Source: an uncultured Gammaproteobacteria bacterium (GTDB lineage: Bacteria; Pseudomonadota; Gammaproteobacteria; Ga0077536). From it: 62,848 bases of DNA. Location of the stretch: assembly GCA_964642505.1 (NCBI GenBank), contig CAZXQY010000001.1, forward strand, positions 1 through 62,848. The letters run 5' to 3'. The notes under the pieces are model-generated. The model searched no databases. It was given only the letters and a program-made list of their open reading frames with translations, and was not told the origin of the DNA. A program made the position numbers and the translations under genes. The stretch's first letter is position 1; every line of letters begins with the position of its first letter. Positions 59,270 through 62,848 of this stretch are shown in pieces.

Positions 59270-60487
59270 TTGGCAGAGAAGCAAGAAGAAGCCTACTTCA
59301 TATGGGAGGGGCTTGATAAAAAAACAAAAAAAGTAGGTGGCGAGATAGCAGCAGTCAGTGAGGCTGCGGCCAAAAATGCCCTGAGGAAACAAGGCATCAA
59401 TCCAACAAAAGTTAAGAAAAAACCTAAACCATTATTTGGAAGCAAACAGGGAAAAATTGGGACTAAAGATATAACTGTGTTTAGCCGACAACTTGCTACG
59501 ATGATGTCGGCCGGTGTTCCGCTAGTACAGTCCTTCGACATAGTAGGAAAAGGACACGAAAACCCGGCAATGCAAAAATTAATTATGTCAATTAAATCTG
59601 ACGTAGAAGCGGGTGGTTCGCTAACTGAAGCCTTGGGTAAACATCCCGATCAGTTCTCAGATTTGTACGTGAACTTGGTTAGGGCAGGAGAACAGGCTGG
59701 GATTCTGGAAGATATATTACACAAAGTGTCGACTTACCTAGAGAAGTTTGAAGCTTTAAAATCGAAAGTGAAATCTGCACTGGGATATCCAATCGCAGTT
59801 ATCATCGTAGCCGTCGTTATCACTATGATTCTTATGATCTTTGTTATTCCCCAATTTGAAAGCTTGTTTCAAGGATTCGGAGCTGACCTCCCAGCACTCA
59901 CTAGGCTAGTAATAGACATGTCTTCCTTCGTTGTCAACAGTTGGTATATTATGTTAGGTGTAGTAATGATAGCCGTCGTGGCCTTCGCTCAAGCCATGAA
60001 AAAATCCAAGACATTCGCCAACAATGTCGATAGATTGCTTTTGAAAATACCTGTAGTAGGAGACATAATTAATAAATCGTGTATTGCTCGATTTTCTAGA
60101 ACTTTAGCGACGATGTTCGCAGCCGGCACGCCTCTGGTAGAGGCAATGAATTCTGTTGCTGGCGCTTCAGGCAACATAGTTTACTATGAAGCGACAATGA
60201 AAATAAGAGACGACGTCAGCACCGGCTCTCAAATGAACACGTCCATGAAGAACACAGAGGTTTTTCCGAATATGGTAGTTCAAATGGTGGCTATCGGGGA
60301 AGAATCGGGTGCAATCGACGAAATGCTAAATAAAGTCGCGGAATGGTACGAACAAGAAGTAGATGACGCAGTTGAATCTCTTACGAGTCTCCTCGAACCT
60401 CTAATAATGTCGGTGTTGGGCGTGCTCATAGGAGGTTTAGTTATTGCAATGTACTTACCGATTTTCAAAATGGGTGAAGTCGTTTAA
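59270..60487 (+). CDS. pilC: type IV pilus inner-membrane platform protein PilC
   Basis: 405 aa with a TTG start. The N-terminus MAEKQEEAYFIWEGLDKKTKKVGGEI parallels P. aeruginosa PilC. Two GspF-type repeats (FSRQLATMMSAGVPL and FSRTLATMFAAGTPL). Confidence 0.93.
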   Translation: MAEKQEEAYFIWEGLDKKTKKVGGEIAAVSEAAAKNALRKQGINPTKVKKKPKPLFGSKQGKIGTKDITVFSRQLATMMSAGVPLVQSFDIVGKGHENPAMQKLIMSIKSDVEAGGSLTEALGKHPDQFSDLYVNLVRAGEQAGILEDILHKVSTYLEKFEALKSKVKSALGYPIAVIIVAVVITMILMIFVIPQFESLFQGFGADLPALTRLVIDMSSFVVNSWYIMLGVVMIAVVAFAQAMKKSKTFANNVDRLLLKIPVVGDIINKSCIARFSRTLATMFAAGTPLVEAMNSVAGASGNIVYYEATMKIRDDVSTGSQMNTSMKNTEVFPNMVVQMVAIGEESGAIDEMLNKVAEWYEQEVDDAVESLTSLLEPLIMSVLGVLIGGLVIAMYLPIFKMGEVV

Positions 60488-60489
60488 AG

Positions 60490-61465
60490 ATGTTACAGAG
60501 TCGTTTGACCTACCAAGGGGGTACTTCCGATAGAAATTCTACCCGTTTCAAAGGCCCTACTTAGTGGTAGCTTCGCCCTTTTAGGGCTGATCATTGGCAG
60601 CTTTCTGAACGTCGTAATTCACCGACTTCCAAAGATTTCGGAAAGAGAGTTCTACTCCGAATGCCATAGCCTAACTTGCGGAGAAAAAAGGGTAACGCGC
60701 CCTCCAGGCATCAAAAAAATACACTGGTTTAACAAAAGGAGATGGCGTTGCTGGCGAAGCAAAATTTTTCTTACTTTTGACGGTTTTGGCTACTCTCTCT
60801 CCTCTCCAGGATCCCACTGCCCGCACTGTCTCAAGAGTGTAAAATTAATAGACAATATTCCTCTAATTTCCTTCGCCTTGTTGAAAGGTAAATGTAGACA
60901 CTGTGACAAGCCGATTTCAGTAAGATACCCACTTGTCGAACTGATATCGTCGGCGGGCGCCTTCTATATAGCCCTGAGATTTGGTGTTTATTATGATTTT
61001 GGTACAGAAATTATTTCAGTATTGAAAATCACGGCTTTTTGTATTTTTTTCTGGGCTTGCATCGCTCTGATGTTTGTAGATATCGACACCAAGACACTAC
61101 CTCATACCATCACGATAAATCTTCTATGGTTGGGCATCCTTTTCAGCATGTCACCAGGATCAAGTATCACTATACAAAGCTCTGTTTTAGGAGCAGCCAG
61201 CGGCTATATCAGCTTACGCCTTATCTATGAGATATATAAAATCGCGACAAATAAGGAAGGAATGGGGCATGGCGATTTTAAACTCGCTGGAGCTCTATGT
61301 GCCTGGGGTGGACATGAAATCCTTGGCCCTCTTCTCCTCATTTCATCTCTATCGGGATCAATATTTGGTATAGCTTTAATCTTTCTGAAAAAGGCAAATC
61401 GCGGTGATGAAATACCATTCGGACCGTTCCTGGTTACTTCAGGATTCTTCCTAATATTGATTTAG
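60490..61465 (+). CDS. pilD: prepilin peptidase/N-methyltransferase PilD, reading frame interrupted (apparent 1-nt frameshift at G5 run 60517-60521)
   Basis: The frame-2 translation from 60509 is PilD-like throughout (LLGLIIGSFLNVVIHRLP, HCPHC...KCRHCDKPISVRYPLVEL, catalytic FVDIDTKTLP and GMGHGDFKL). It has no ATG/GTG/TTG before TTG 60878. ATG 60490 lies in frame 1 and stops at 60562-60564. Confidence 0.85.
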
Positions 61466-61514
61466 TAAAAACCTGTTAAAGGTAAGATTTATTTATGCCC
61501 ACAGGAACTCTTAT

Positions 61515-62147
61515 ATGAACAATAGAAACGGCCGTTCTAAAAAACCGTTTGTAATAGCTGTCACCGGTGGCATTGCCTCTGGAAAAACCACCGTGTGTGA
61601 ATTGTTTGGAAGTCTATTTAATATTGAAACGATAGATGCAGATGAATTAGCTAAAGAGGCAGTAGCAGCAGGTAGTGAATGTCTCGGCCAAATAGTATCT
61701 GTTTTTGGATCGGAAATTCTAGATAGCACGAATAATTTGAACCGCCCTCTTATGAAAAAAATAGTCTTTCAAGATCAAACTCTAAGAAAAGAACTGGAAC
61801 AAATTGTACACCCCGCTGTCAAGACACTTATACTTCAGAATTTGATGAGCATTTCTGGTGAATATTGCTTAATTGGTATTCCATTGCTTAAAGCTAAAAA
61901 TCAAGATCCTAATATCGATAGAATCTTAGTTGTCGATTGTGAAGAACAGGAGCAAATTAAACGAGCGATGGCTCGAGATAATCTTAGTCAACACGATGTC
62001 GAGAACATATTATCTTCTCAGTTAGGACGGAAAGAAAGGCTTGATCTTGCGGACGACGTTATACTTAACAAGGGAAGTAAATTTGAGTTGGCGGCCGAAG
62101 TTGAAAGACTAAATTCACTATACGAAGATTTGAGTAGCACGATATGA
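61515..62147 (+). CDS. coaE: dephospho-CoA kinase
   Basis: 210 aa with P-loop VIAVTGGIASGKTT. Follows pilD, as in many proteobacteria. Confidence 0.9.
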   Translation: MNNRNGRSKKPFVIAVTGGIASGKTTVCELFGSLFNIETIDADELAKEAVAAGSECLGQIVSVFGSEILDSTNNLNRPLMKKIVFQDQTLRKELEQIVHPAVKTLILQNLMSISGEYCLIGIPLLKAKNQDPNIDRILVVDCEEQEQIKRAMARDNLSQHDVENILSSQLGRKERLDLADDVILNKGSKFELAAEVERLNSLYEDLSSTI

Positions 62148-62848
62148 ATGTTGTTTACGAACATCCAGTGACTGAGCATATGAGACTATTAATCAAACTG
62201 GAAGCTCTTTTCATAGAGATCGAGCAATCTCTTCAATTCAAAAAAAACGATTTCGCCCTAAACGGTCTCTTTCGATTGATCGATCTGTCGGATTTGGTTA
62301 GCGGCCAAGACTTGCGTTTTGACCTTTTGAAGAACTTGGACAAAAAGAATATATCCCTTAAACATTTAAAACATAATCCGGATGTCAATCTGGACCTATT
62401 AAAAGAAACCTTAGAGAACATTGAGAGGCTAAAAAAGAAAATGCATATCCTCGAGAAAGTTCCCGATGACAATTTCGAGAATGACGAGCTTATCCAGGCA
62501 GTAAAAAGAAAATACTCCGTTAAGGGTTCCCTGTATCCTTTTGAGCTACCTCTTTTGAATTTTTGGATCAATCAGAATGAAAATTTTCATCTCAACAAAA
62601 TTCGCGACTGGCTGGAAGGATTTATGCCAATATACGAGGCCGTAAGGTTAATTTTGAAAATCACGAGAGAAAGTGTTCCAGTTTTACCGTTGACTGCTGA
62701 TAAGGGGATTTATGAGCAAGGGTCTGACAATGACTCAGTTATCGATCTTATTCGAGTACTACTTGAGCCTAATGCTAACGTCTTCCCTGAAATTAGCGGC
62801 AATAAACACAAATTCTCGATTCGATTTCTGAAACAAGAAAGCTCTTGG
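62144..62848 (+). CDS. zapD: cell division protein ZapD (YacF), C-terminus beyond window end
   Basis: An open frame from ATG 62144 (ATGA overlap with the coaE stop) runs to the window end. It is absent from the ORF track because no stop is reached. MNVVYEHPVTEHMRLLIKLE and FPEISGNKHKFSIRF match E. coli ZapD (LFEHPLNEKMRTWLRIE and YPQISGHKSRFAIRF). Confidence 0.85.
   Translation, partial: MNVVYEHPVTEHMRLLIKLEALFIEIEQSLQFKKNDFALNGLFRLIDLSDLVSGQDLRFDLLKNLDKKNISLKHLKHNPDVNLDLLKETLENIERLKKKMHILEKVPDDNFENDELIQAVKRKYSVKGSLYPFELPLLNFWINQNENFHLNKIRDWLEGFMPIYEAVRLILKITRESVPVLPLTADKGIYEQGSDNDSVIDLIRVLLEPNANVFPEISGNKHKFSIRFLKQESSW

Overview
This is a compact, almost wall-to-wall coding stretch of chromosome from a moderately AT-rich proteobacterium (composition judged by eye, not computed). 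Gene order mixes classical gamma- and betaproteobacterial syntenic blocks. I can support about 60 protein genes, one tRNA-Tyr cut by the left window edge, one partial gene (zapD) running off the right edge, and a few regulatory sites. I see no rRNA, CRISPR array, transposase, prophage, toxin-antitoxin or defence-island signature.

Gene blocks, in order:
- tsaC-topA <> def-fmt-rsmB-DUF4390-ntrY/ntrX-like-trkA-trkH
- pyrD (class 1B-like)
- trmL
- gpsA-rhodanese <> gpmI-envC-ctpA
- a long minus-strand run: hslVU-DUF971-ubiE-ubiJ-ubiB, dapF-DUF484-xerC, mscS, YkuD-nagZ, rlmD, PolB-exo-like exonuclease, PagL-like, udg-rimI, ilvIHC-pssA
- proS-wrbA
- hda-AI-2E permease-DUF2066 <> purM
- trmJ <> suhB
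- pilA plus a tiny TRASH-like membrane protein <> sucCD-nadE
- bamD <> rluD-pgeF-clpB
- pilB-pilC-pilD-coaE-zapD

I do not find a convincing novel multi-gene system; this reads as ordinary core genome. The observations most worth a second look are:
- a pilD reading frame broken at a G5 run
- a signal-less YkuD (L,D-transpeptidase fold) protein directly upstream of nagZ
- an orphan class-1B-type pyrD with no pyrK
- an NtrX-like regulator with the GAFTGA loop deleted and a KD in place of the Walker B DE
- a G8 homopolymer inside hda
- a translationally coupled hslVU-DUF971-ubiEJB string
- a 12-bp perfect inverted repeat upstream of pilA
- a conserved sigma-32 promoter plus internal GTG start in clpB
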